From Acutalibacteraceae bacterium (GTDB lineage Bacteria; Bacillota; Clostridia; Oscillospirales; Acutalibacteraceae): a DNA stretch of 64,000 bases. The DNA lies in NCBI GenBank assembly GCA_045539925.1, contig JAZQGH010000121.1, forward strand, positions 8,572 to 72,571, given 5' to 3'. This document shows, one piece after another, positions 9,736 to 19,050 of this stretch. Within the stretch, counting starts at the first letter, position 1. Each line of letters begins with the position of its first letter. The position numbers were made by a program, and so were the translations under genes. A model generated the notes under the pieces. That model did not search any database, had not been told where the DNA came from, and saw only the letters and a list, made by a program, of their open reading frames with translations.

Positions 9736-10371
9736 TTATTTAAGATGCTCCAGAATATCGCTAAGGAACGTAAGGTTGTAGTCCGCGGCTTTGTTTTGAG
9801 AAGCGTCTCCAACAGCGAAGGTGAGCATATTCGCAGCCTTACCCGCTTGCACACCTGCTATGGCATCCTCGACAACGACCGCCTCATCACTTGCCAATGA
9901 TAGCTTCCTTGCGGCAACAAGAAACACGTCTGGGTCCGGCTTTGATTTATTAATATCGCTGCCATCTGCAATTGCATCAAACATATTTAAAAGTCCAACG
10001 TGCTCAAGTATCCTTTTAGCATTTCTGCTTGATGAGCCGATGGCAATTTTATATCCTCTTTTCTTCAAGGTCAGAAGAGTATTCATAACGTCTTCAGAAA
10101 CGTCCTTTTCGCTCATATTTGACAAAAGCTCAACGTAGAGGTTGTTTTTCTTCTCAGCAAGTGCCTTTTTCTCCTCGTCGGAATAGGCCACGCTCGATCT
10201 TTCAAGCACGATATCAAGGCTGTCCATTCGAGAAACGCCGCGAAGTCTGTTGTTGATCACCTCATCAAAGTAAATACCAAGCTCGTCTGCAAGCGTTTTC
10301 CAAGCTAAGTAATGATATTTATCGGTGTGAACTATCACGCCGTCCAAATCAAAAATTACACCTTTAATCAT
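9736..10371 (-). CDS. pgmB: beta-phosphoglucomutase (HAD superfamily)
   Basis: HAD motif I VIFDLDGVI. Typical beta-PGM length. Sits directly downstream of two GH65 phosphorylases. Start MIKGV with a GGGAGA RBS. Confidence 0.8.
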   Translation of the reverse strand: MIKGVIFDLDGVIVHTDKYHYLAWKTLADELGIYFDEVINNRLRGVSRMDSLDIVLERSSVAYSDEEKKALAEKKNNLYVELLSNMSEKDVSEDVMNTLLTLKKRGYKIAIGSSSRNAKRILEHVGLLNMFDAIADGSDINKSKPDPDVFLVAARKLSLASDEAVVVEDAIAGVQAGKAANMLTFAVGDASQNKAADYNLTFLSDILEHLK

Positions 10372-12418
10372 CTTTTCTCCCATATACCCTTGTACCCTTA
10401 ATTGTAGAAATCGACAAGCTTTTTATCTGCTTTGGAAGCTTAGGACTATTTTTAGCAAAGCCCTCATACAAGGTCAGCCAGGTTCCTCCACAGCTTGCGG
10501 GATGTGTGCCGCCAATGTAAAGCTTGCCAGCAAATTGTTTACTGTTTCCCGATAAATCACAGGTAGCGGTCTGCGTAAACCATCCATAAGCCTCGTCCTG
10601 TAGCCCAACCATACAACCGCATCTTGCATACATTGAAGCAGACAGACTTGAGCCATGCTCTGTGTATGGCAAATAAAAGCTATAGTTTGCCCTCTTTACC
10701 TCGGTGCTGAATCTATGTGGCAGCACACAAAGCAGTGCAACCACGTCTGCTTGCTTAATTACTCTTGTCGCAGTTGCAACACCGTTGCTTCCGCCCCAAT
10801 ATTCACTCGGATGCACAAGCCTTGCCCGAGCGACGCTTGGAAGCACGTCCTCCAGCTTGAAATATCCATCAAACTGCTCAATTATTCCATTTTCATCAGG
10901 TGATGGCAGGTAAATCTTACGTTTAAATTTTTTAATGCATTCTATATCCTTTTTATGTGCTTGGATCAGCTCACTATAATTCTCCGGACTGTGCTTCTTG
11001 AGTATTTCAAGTGCCTTGAGGGTCACGCAAGCAGTTTCGTGAGCCATATAGTTAGTGTACGCATTGTTGTTTACACTATCGTGATACTCGTCGGGGCCCA
11101 TAACATCAAGAAGCTCAAATCTGTCTTTGACGTGATTGTAATAGGCTCTGTAATAATAGAAAAGTGCACATTGGATAAGTGCTTCGGCTCCTCCGTCGGT
11201 CAATATTGACAGATCCCTTGTTTGCTTATAAACATCAAACAAGCACACGGCGATGTCGGCGGAAATATGAATTTGCTTATCCTTGAAGTATGTTCGCACG
11301 GCTCTTCCGGTAAATACATCGATCACATTGAAATCAGAGCAGGCATCATATCCGTTCTCCTGACTTTCCCAAGCATAAAACGCACCGCTATATCCGTATT
11401 CCTTCGCCTTAAGCATTGCACCGGACAGTCCGTTTATTCTATATCGGATAAGCCGTTTTGCAGTTTCCGGGTCGGTTTTCAGATAAAATGGGATCATAAA
11501 CATCTCGGTATCCCAGAACACCGCACCCTTGTACGTTTGCCCTGAAAGTCCTCTTGCACTGATAGAGAGATTTTCCACCTTCGGAGCATAAATTATAAGC
11601 TGATAAATACTGTGCTGAACTGCCGTGGCAAGTTTGTTCTCGTCGTCGATCATTACCCTGCTTCTCTTCCACGTATCACGCCACCACCCGTCATTCAGTC
11701 GAACAAGCGTTCCAAAATCTTCAATATTCTCATTGCTTGCAACCAAATTGGTGTGACTCAACGTACAGTATTTTTCCACCTCAAAGCTCTTACCAATCAA
11801 CAGGTATTTGTTAAGGAGCTTGCTTTTGCTTTTTATAACACCCCTCGGCTTTTCCGAGGCCTTTTCGTCCACGGCTACCCACAAGCTTTTGTTCTCGTTT
11901 GTGTGTGCAATAACCCTCAGGGGAGACGTTTCCATTTTATCAACGTAAAAATGCTTACCGTTTATGTTCCAAACGTTACAGTCAATTCCACTGCAAACCG
12001 TAATTTCGCATTCCTTGTTGCACTTGATTTGCAATTTGCTGACCAACAAATCGTTTCGGGTTTGAAGGAAAAATCGACTTGAATGAACACAAACCTCAAT
12101 ACCGTCAACCAGATAAACCGTTTTCCTTTCAAATATGCCATTGTCAAGGTTAAGGCTTTCCACGTGATCGATTATCTGATTATCACTTAGCTTCGAGTCG
12201 TTGATTTTGATTGTCAAATAAAGGGGGTTAGGCATATTGACCGGCTCTCTCCAGCTGCTGCCGCTTTGGTCATAGAAGCCGCAGGTAGTCAGTGCAACAC
12301 ATTCTTTTTTTGTGTGTTCCTCAAGTGTACCTCGGTAACCGTAGCAGCCATTGCCGATTATAAGTCTGTTTCCGCGTGCAATTCTATCGCACAGAATACC
12401 TCTTTCCTCTAAAATCAT
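10364..12418 (-). CDS. glycoside hydrolase family 65 alpha-glucoside phosphorylase (684 aa)
   Basis: GH65-type central (alpha/alpha)6 region (GYSGAFYAWESQENGYDACS, HISADIAVCLFDYY) and N-terminal beta-sandwich. Paralogous to the upstream gene. Confidence 0.8.
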   Translation of the reverse strand: MILEERGILCDRIARGNRLIIGNGCYGYRGTLEEHTKKECVALTTCGFYDQSGSSWREPVNMPNPLYLTIKINDSKLSDNQIIDHVESLNLDNGIFERKTVYLVDGIEVCVHSSRFFLQTRNDLLVSKLQIKCNKECEITVCSGIDCNVWNINGKHFYVDKMETSPLRVIAHTNENKSLWVAVDEKASEKPRGVIKSKSKLLNKYLLIGKSFEVEKYCTLSHTNLVASNENIEDFGTLVRLNDGWWRDTWKRSRVMIDDENKLATAVQHSIYQLIIYAPKVENLSISARGLSGQTYKGAVFWDTEMFMIPFYLKTDPETAKRLIRYRINGLSGAMLKAKEYGYSGAFYAWESQENGYDACSDFNVIDVFTGRAVRTYFKDKQIHISADIAVCLFDVYKQTRDLSILTDGGAEALIQCALFYYYRAYYNHVKDRFELLDVMGPDEYHDSVNNNAYTNYMAHETACVTLKALEILKKHSPENYSELIQAHKKDIECIKKFKRKIYLPSPDENGIIEQFDGYFKLEDVLPSVARARLVHPSEYWGGSNGVATATRVIKQADVVALLCVLPHRFSTEVKRANYSFYLPYTEHGSSLSASMYARCGCMVGLQDEAYGWFTQTATCDLSGNSKQFAGKLYIGGTHPASCGGTWLTLYEGFAKNSPKLPKQIKSLSISTIKGTRVYGRKDD

Positions 12419-14643
12419 TTTTTAATCTCCAGTTTGTCTAGGATCGTATATTCTCTACCGTATACGACTAATCTTACGGGTTTTTGTGAATTATTCGCTA
12501 TGTTTACACCGTTTTTGTCAACTTTTATTGACAAAAGAGCACCTTCAACGGTAATTTTGAAGCTATATGCCGCCCAGGAATCGGGACAGATTGGATTCAA
12601 GGAAATCTTCCCATCGCTGCGAAGACCTGCAAATCCATATACTATATTAAGCCACGCGGCCGAAATGCTGGTTGTATGCAAGCCCTCGTGTGTGTTGCGA
12701 TTGTAATCGTCAATATCCATTCGGGTGGCGAAGGCGAAAAAGTCGTATGCCTGATTATACTCACCGATTTCTGCCGCGAGAATTGAATGAACAGAGGGAG
12801 AGAGCGAGGACTCGTGAATACACCTCGGTTCATAGAACATATAGTTTGCTCTCTTTTGCTCTAGGGTAAAATCACTGTTGTATAAAAGCTGGAACATAAG
12901 GACGTCCGGCTGCTTTATCATATCGTTACGATAAATTCTATCGTAGCTCCAGGAGTGATAGAGTGGAAACTGCTCATCCGGAATTGAATGTATGTCTACG
13001 TGCGGCAATTTGAAATATCCATCGTGCTGCTCATACAGCTTTGTTTTTTCGTCATACAAAATGAGCATTTTTTCACTACATAGGGCAAAATAATCGGCCT
13101 CCTCTTTCGAAACCGAAAGCTCGCGAAGTCTTTCCTTCGGTAATTCCTGCAGCACGCTCAAGGTGTACGAAAGCGTTTTCTTCGCCATATAGTTAGTGTA
13201 GGTATTGTGATTAACCATCATCTGAAATTCGTCAGGTCCCATTACGCAGTAATAGCCGTAATAGGAATTCGTCGCATCCCACTGACCGCGAGTTACGAGA
13301 TAACGACAAATCTCAACAAGCATTTCTATACCGTGTGAATACAAAAATTCCTTATCACCGCTAACATTCACGTAGTGGTAAATGCCATACGCGACAGCGG
13401 TTGACGGTTGCATCTGCAAGGAAGCATGTTGCCAGAGAGTACAGGCCTCCTCACCGTTAAGCGTTGCGATCGGATAGCAGGCACCGTCACAGTCAAGATC
13501 TCTAGCACGCTTCTTGGCTTCCTCAAGTGTTCCGTATCTGAACTCAAGCAGATTCTTTGCAGCCTGCAAATTATTGAACAAATAGTAGGGCAGGCAGTAG
13601 GTTTCGGTATCCCAAAAGGCGTGTCCCGAATAGGCCTCGCCCGTAAGGCCCTTTGCTCCTATATTGCTTCCCTCTTTTGCACCGTGATAGGTCTGCTGAA
13701 GCTGGAAAATGCAGAAGCGTATTCCCTGCTGATTTTGGTCATCGCCCTCAATTTCTATATCGGATTTGCTCCAAAAATCATTCCAATACTCATTGTTACG
13801 CTGATATGCTTTAACATATCCCTCTGCACACTGCTCTCTCAGCTCTTTTCTCGCCTGTTCAAGACAGCCTTCACCGCCCTTATCGGTAGCAACCGAGATT
13901 AATCGAGTGAATGTCCTTTTGCTCTTTCCGTCAAGTGCAACCGCAAAGCTCTGCTTTACACCCTTGTTTATTTCTGCAGAAGTAGGAGCCGCCCCCTCCA
14001 TATCACAATGCATGGCACAGGCAACCCTTTGATTTATGGAATCGGTGCTGCATTCTATTGCAGCCTGCTCACTCTCTACAACTCTCCAACGAGAAGGATT
14101 TCCAAAGTGCTTTTCATCAAAGCTCAGCGATGCTTCAACGGTAATATTACACGGCTTGTCGGAGCAAAAAGCGATCTGCTGATATGCCCTGCCACAATGC
14201 TCCATATCCAAAAAACGACAAAATTCGGTTTTAAGTCGGATATCGCCAACCTCCCACACGAGCGATCTGAAAAGCTTTCCCTGCTTCAGATCAAGTGTAC
14301 GGCTATAGTCGGTGTAAGGCGTGCTTGCCATATCCAATACTACATCATCCACGGTAATTCTAATGCCAAAAAAATTGACGCTGTTTACCATATAATGTGT
14401 TCTTGTTGCAATTCCACGGTAACCGGTTGCGGCCTTATCAATCGCATACTCATATATGCCATTTATGTAAGTTCCGATAAGCGACGGCGCGATCGTACCC
14501 TCATCAAGAAATCCGCGTGCACCCATAAACTCGTTGCCCAGCGAGAAAACCGATTCGGCAACCTTTGAAAACTTGTCACTGAATTCCGATTCAGTAAGAC
14601 TCCATTTATCTATTTCAAAATGCTTTCTTGGTGTTTTTCCCAT
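12415..14643 (-). CDS. glycoside hydrolase family 65 phosphorylase (742 aa; maltose/kojibiose/trehalose/nigerose-phosphorylase class)
   Basis: GH65 motifs (TGEAYSGHAFWDTETYCLPYYLF, LEEAKKRARDLDCDGACYP). Start codon overlaps the stop of the downstream gene. Confidence 0.8.
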   Translation of the reverse strand: MGKTPRKHFEIDKWSLTESEFSDKFSKVAESVFSLGNEFMGARGFLDEGTIAPSLIGTYINGIYEYAIDKAATGYRGIATRTHYMVNSVNFFGIRITVDDVVLDMASTPYTDYSRTLDLKQGKLFRSLVWEVGDIRLKTEFCRFLDMEHCGRAYQQIAFCSDKPCNITVEASLSFDEKHFGNPSRWRVVESEQAAIECSTDSINQRVACAMHCDMEGAAPTSAEINKGVKQSFAVALDGKSKRTFTRLISVATDKGGEGCLEQARKELREQCAEGYVKAYQRNNEYWNDFWSKSDIEIEGDDQNQQGIRFCIFQLQQTYHGAKEGSNIGAKGLTGEAYSGHAFWDTETYCLPYYLFNNLQAAKNLLEFRYGTLEEAKKRARDLDCDGACYPIATLNGEEACTLWQHASLQMQPSTAVAYGIYHYVNVSGDKEFLYSHGIEMLVEICRYLVTRGQWDATNSYYGYYCVMGPDEFQMMVNHNTYTNYMAKKTLSYTLSVLQELPKERLRELSVSKEEADYFALCSEKMLILYDEKTKLYEQHDGYFKLPHVDIHSIPDEQFPLYHSWSYDRIYRNDMIKQPDVLMFQLLYNSDFTLEQKRANYMFYEPRCIHESSLSPSVHSILAAEIGEYNQAYDFFAFATRMDIDDYNRNTHEGLHTTSISAAWLNIVYGFAGLRSDGKISLNPICPDSWAAYSFKITVEGALLSIKVDKNGVNIANNSQKPVRLVVYGREYTILDKLEIKK

Positions 14644-14692
14644 ATTATCTCCTTTTTAAAAATGCCCATTGATACACTCAATGGGCATTTTA

Positions 14693-15586
14693 TTAACCTT
14701 TCATTCCACTTGTAGCGTTTGTTCCCGTAATTTGCTTCTGGAAAATAGCAAAAACTATGATCTGCGGTAAAATGGAAATAGAAAGTGCCATTAAATATTT
14801 ATCAATTCCAAATCCCATCATATTGGACATATTCATTTTTAGGTTGTATATCTTCACCATCACCGTGGCAAGAGAATCGTCCTGAAGAAGCAGATACGGC
14901 AGCAGGAAATCCGCCCAGGATGCAGTCATTGCAAAAATGCTGACAACACCCACGATCGGACGGCTTAGTGGCAATGCAACCTTAAAGAACATTTGAATTG
15001 ATCTTGCTCCATCGATCTCGGCGGCCTCAAACAGCGATCTGGGAATGGTGTCAAAATAGTTTTTGAACATCATAAAATAGTAAGCGTTTGCTCCGTAGAG
15101 CAAGCAAAGCGGTATGTACCAGGCGTAGCCATCAAGCCCAAGCTTTGCTATGTTTGAATAAAGCGGCACAAGACTTGCGACCGCGGGAATCATATAGCTT
15201 CCCATAATAAGGCTATACACCAGCTTATGTCCAATCGGCTTAACGATTGATACCGCATAGGCAAGAAGTCCATTAAATACAACCGCACAAAGCACCGAGC
15301 CGGCCATAATAATAAACGTGTTGATGAAATATTTGCCAAAATCCACCATCTTCCACACTTCGATAATTTTCGATAAATCTATTGATTCCGGGAAGAATTG
15401 AAATGGAGATTTGAAAACGTCATCGGCGTCCTTAAATCCCGCCAGGAAAAGCCACGCGATCGGAATAATTCCAACCAGGCATGCGGTTATTAATATAAAA
15501 ATAATGATACCATATAAAACGTGAAAGCGTTTATGCCGATATTCTATGCCGATTATTAATCCTTCTCGTTTTTTACTTAATTTCAT
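14693..15586 (-). CDS. ABC sugar transporter permease (CUT1 family, MalG-like)
   Basis: Six predicted TM helices and EAA loop LFEAAEIDGARSIQMFFKVALP. Confidence 0.85.
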   Translation of the reverse strand: MKLSKKREGLIIGIEYRHKRFHVLYGIIIFILITACLVGIIPIAWLFLAGFKDADDVFKSPFQFFPESIDLSKIIEVWKMVDFGKYFINTFIIMAGSVLCAVVFNGLLAYAVSIVKPIGHKLVYSLIMGSYMIPAVASLVPLYSNIAKLGLDGYAWYIPLCLLYGANAYYFMMFKNYFDTIPRSLFEAAEIDGARSIQMFFKVALPLSRPIVGVVSIFAMTASWADFLLPYLLLQDDSLATVMVKIYNLKMNMSNMMGFGIDKYLMALSISILPQIIVFAIFQKQITGTNATSGMKG

Positions 15587-16491
15587 TCCACATCATCCCC
15601 CTTTTTTGAGAGCTTGAAATATAGAATACTGAGAGAAACAATAATTATCGCCAAAACAACTCCACACGCTGCACCCATACCCGCCTCATGATCAATAAAG
15701 GTGTAACGGTAGCAAAGATACATAAGTGATATTGATGCGTTATCAGGTCCGCCGGCAGTCATCATCATTGGCTCGTAGAATACCTGGAAAACTGAAATGA
15801 TCTGCAAAATTAAAAGCAGACGTATGGTTGGGCTGATCGTTGGCAGGGTTACGTGCCAGATTCTATGGAACAGATTTGCTCCGTCAAGTCTTGCCGCCTC
15901 GTAGAGTGTATTATCAACAGCCTGTAACGACGACAGATAAACCAGCACAGTAGCACCTGCACCTCGCCAGGTCATTACAAGCACAATCATTGGTATTACC
16001 CACTGCGAATTAGATAAAACGGTTATTTGCTCCATTCCGAACAAGGATAGTATTCCGTTTATCATACTGCCCCTTGAGCCGTCCAAAATCTGTGTCCACA
16101 TAAGCATTACCGCAACACCTGAGATAATGCTGGGAAGATACAAAAGGCATCTGAAGCCCGCCTTGAAGTGTATTACCTCGGAGAGCAACAAACCAAGGAA
16201 CAGAGGAAGCAAAAATCCTATTACAAGTGACCAGAAGGCATAGATAAAGGTGTTTTTTAATGCACTGAAAAATGCGGGGTCACTAAACACTCTTTGGTAG
16301 TTTTCAAACCATATAAAGTCCTGCTTTTGAAAACGGTGTACCTCATAAAAGGAATAGGCGATGTTCTCTATCAGCGGTGCCCAAACAAAGAAAGTAAAGA
16401 GCACAAGGGTGGGCAACATAATTGCCCATCCTCCGATGTTCTTTTTGACTATTACATTCAGCTTGTGCCACTTGCTTTGATTTTTAGTCAT
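15583..16491 (-). CDS. ABC sugar transporter permease (CUT1 family, MalF-like)
   Basis: TM-rich. EAA loop YEAARLDGANLFHRIWHVTLP. Overlaps the downstream permease by 4 nt. Confidence 0.85.
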   Translation of the reverse strand: MTKNQSKWHKLNVIVKKNIGGWAIMLPTLVLFTFFVWAPLIENIAYSFYEVHRFQKQDFIWFENYQRVFSDPAFFSALKNTFIYAFWSLVIGFLLPLFLGLLLSEVIHFKAGFRCLLYLPSIISGVAVMLMWTQILDGSRGSMINGILSLFGMEQITVLSNSQWVIPMIVLVMTWRGAGATVLVYLSSLQAVDNTLYEAARLDGANLFHRIWHVTLPTISPTIRLLLILQIISVFQVFYEPMMMTAGGPDNASISLMYLCYRYTFIDHEAGMGAACGVVLAIIIVSLSILYFKLSKKGDDVE

Positions 16492-16545
16492 ATCTCTTTA
16501 CCTCAATGATAACCAAAAGCTTGATCCGAGATTAATTATCCCGTC

Positions 16546-17955
16546 CTATTCATTCATACGTGATAAATAGTTGTTTTCAAAGGTCGTATCCGCAGTGTTC
16601 AGTAGGGACAGCGGATTTGCCTTGCTATTTGTAAGCACGTTCTGAATAGAATTATCTAATAATCCATACATCTCCTGACAATAATTCGGCTCCTCTGCGC
16701 GACGCATTTCGTGAATAGTATCGAAGAAGTCCTTCATATAGTCATAATTTACGTTTATATACTTCTGCTCGAGTGCATTAGCAGTATCCAAATACTCCTG
16801 ATTCTTCCAGGGCTTAATTGTCGGCAAGATAGGCATACCCTTCTTCTCTGCTACCTGGAAGCCCTTTTCCATAGCCGCAAGTGAAATATCGTCAACGTCG
16901 GGGCTTCTGCCGATATAATGCAGGAACTTAAGTGCACCCTCAACCTGCTCATCGCTGGCGTTCTCTGCAAATACATAGGGGGTTCCGCCAAACAATGCAT
17001 ATCTGCTTTCACCGTCACCGGTGGGCATGGGAACAAAGGCAAAGTTGTCCTTATCAAAATTGTATCCCGTAATGGGCTGGCTGAGCGCATCGTTACCAAC
17101 GAACGCCATAAGCACCTGATTGGTTCCGATTTTTGCAGGGAAATCGTTGTAGTTAAGAGATGCACCGGGATAGCAAAGCCCCTCGCTTGCAAGCTCCTGA
17201 AGCCAGGACAATGCGGCAACCATACCCGGATCTGCAAGATTGCTCTTCCAGACGCCATCCTCCTGATACTGCAAATTGCCTGCACCAAAGTTCCATGCTA
17301 AGTTGGTAAGCTGCCAGCCGCCCTGCTTATTGGCGGACAGAATAAGAATACCGTATACGTCGTCATAGGTTTCCTGGGTAAGTCTGCAAAGATCGGTTAC
17401 CTCGTCAAACGTAGTCGGGTACAGAGGCTCACCGTTATCGTCGTAGAGCTTATATTTGCCGTCTTCATCCTTGTCGATTACACCCATATCATAAAGCAGC
17501 TCCAGATTGATGAACAGGCCCATACCGTATCCGTCACGGGGAACGCCATACACCTCACCGTTTTTCGATAAGGTCGCACGCATACTGTCATCCATCTTGT
17601 CAAGCCATCCAAGATCCTGAAGCTGAGAGGTGATCGGTCTGATATATTCCTCTCTGATGAGCATTTCAGGCTCGGTGAAATATGTCTGGAATACTGTTGG
17701 CAGTGCACCGATATTACCCTTTGCCGCTACGGTTTCGGGGCTGTATGTATAGGGCTCGGGAACTATTTCGTACTGAGGATAATCCCTCTCGAAATTCGCC
17801 TTCCACTCATTATACATAGCAACGTCATCGGTCTGTGATGCCTCAGGCCAAAAACCTATTGTGATTTTGATTCTTTCGTCATTTTCATTATTACATGACG
17901 TTAATAACAACAATGAAAGTACCAGAAGAAAAATAATACATAATGTTTTTTTCAT
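16546..17955 (-). CDS. extracellular solute-binding lipoprotein (SBP family 1)
   Basis: Start reassigned to MKKTLCIIFLLVLSLLLLTSC (lipobox LTSC) with a GGAGAGG RBS. The tracked upstream extension lacks an RBS. Sugar-binding protein size and composition. Confidence 0.8.
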   Translation of the reverse strand: MKKTLCIIFLLVLSLLLLTSCNNENDERIKITIGFWPEASQTDDVAMYNEWKANFERDYPQYEIVPEPYTYSPETVAAKGNIGALPTVFQTYFTEPEMLIREEYIRPITSQLQDLGWLDKMDDSMRATLSKNGEVYGVPRDGYGMGLFINLELLYDMGVIDKDEDGKYKLYDDNGEPLYPTTFDEVTDLCRLTQETYDDVYGILILSANKQGGWQLTNLAWNFGAGNLQYQEDGVWKSNLADPGMVAALSWLQELASEGLCYPGASLNYNDFPAKIGTNQVLMAFVGNDALSQPITGYNFDKDNFAFVPMPTGDGESRYALFGGTPYVFAENASDEQVEGALKFLHYIGRSPDVDDISLAAMEKGFQVAEKKGMPILPTIKPWKNQEYLDTANALEQKYINVNYDYMKDFFDTIHEMRRAEEPNYCQEMYGLLDNSIQNVLTNSKANPLSLLNTADTTFENNYLSRMNE

Positions 17956-18113
17956 AAGCACCTCTCCAATAAATAATTTTTTTAAAATATTATTGTCTAT
18001 TTTAATTATATCTTTTTTTGCCGGCTTTTTCAATATAAATATACTGCTAAATGGTGGAGAAAACTGCATAGGAATAAACAAAAATTCAGCAGTCCGGGAC
18101 TGCTGAATTTTTT

Positions 18114-19049
18114 CTAAATATCTGTACTTGCTCGTTTATACAGGTTGTTCAGTGGGACTATAAGCCTATCGCTTAAAGAGCGGGCGGCAAGCACACTCAG
18201 GATGATCAATGCTATATCGACCGCAAAGAATATCGCAAAAATCTCAAGGGATATTTTCCAAAACTCATGCTGCGGAGCATAGATTACCACCTGCCATCCG
18301 TCCTGCATCTCGCTTGCTACAATATAGTTCATTATGTCATTTGACAATCCGTTTTTCTCTTCACTTTGAAAGTTTTTTGCCAACTCATAATCATCGGTAA
18401 GCAAATTTCCGTTTGACAGATAGACCTTGCAGTCAACTCCAAAGCTCTGACAGTTGAACTTAAGCGAGCCTATGGTTTCGGGTAAAATATCTGCCACAAG
18501 CAAACCAATATTATTGCCATCCGAATAAACCTTTTGTATACAGGAGACAATTCCCTTTCCCGAGTTATATCTGTTGTAGTTATACGTTTGTGCCAGCGAC
18601 TCGGTTCTTACCGAAACCATACTGTCCTTATCACTTTGAATAAAGCTGCTTATTTCCTCGTTCAATAACAGCTCCTCAAGAGTCGGTGGAGAGCCCACGC
18701 CCGCCGAATATGCAATATAGCCGTTATACCCGTATAGAATTACTCCGTCAATTTTTACCGAATAGTTGCACAGTGAGTTCAGCGAGGCCGAAACGTCACT
18801 TACGTCACCTTCAACCACGTCAATAAGTCTATCGTTAAGCGAAGCATTCTTTACAAATCCCATAACCGTTGAGATGTATAAGCTTCCGCTATCAAGACAG
18901 CTCTGGGCATTTTGGTAGGTTCTGTTTGCCTGTGAGTTGAACAGGTTACGAATAATTACAAAATATGAAATTGACGAAAGCAGCAGCACGAACACAATTG
19001 TCATCAAAAGCATACTGTAAAATATTCTTTTATATAATTTGTTAAACAT
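18114..19049 (-). CDS. stand-alone two-TM sensor-domain protein resembling the N-terminus of the adjacent histidine kinase (possible truncated paralog)
   Basis: N-terminal TM, ~250-aa extracytoplasmic domain, second TM, then RSLSDRLIVPLNNLYKRAS. This parallels the post-TM2 segment HRTIAPINKLSRKISAIDFKKRAS of the neighbouring kinase. No kinase core. Start is 2 nt after the kinase stop. Confidence 0.55.
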   Translation of the reverse strand: MFNKLYKRIFYSMLLMTIVFVLLLSSISYFVIIRNLFNSQANRTYQNAQSCLDSGSLYISTVMGFVKNASLNDRLIDVVEGDVSDVSASLNSLCNYSVKIDGVILYGYNGYIAYSAGVGSPPTLEELLLNEEISSFIQSDKDSMVSVRTESLAQTYNYNRYNSGKGIVSCIQKVYSDGNNIGLLVADILPETIGSLKFNCQSFGVDCKVYLSNGNLLTDDYELAKNFQSEEKNGLSNDIMNYIVASEMQDGWQVVIYAPQHEFWKISLEIFAIFFAVDIALIILSVLAARSLSDRLIVPLNNLYKRASTDI

Positions 19050-19050
19050 A

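Noticed and set aside
18114-19049. Calling the 311-aa sensor-like gene a frameshifted part of the kinase gene
   Set aside because: It lies downstream (3' side) of the complete kinase and has its own TM1, so it cannot be an N-terminal extension. Treated as a separate duplicate or sensor fragment.
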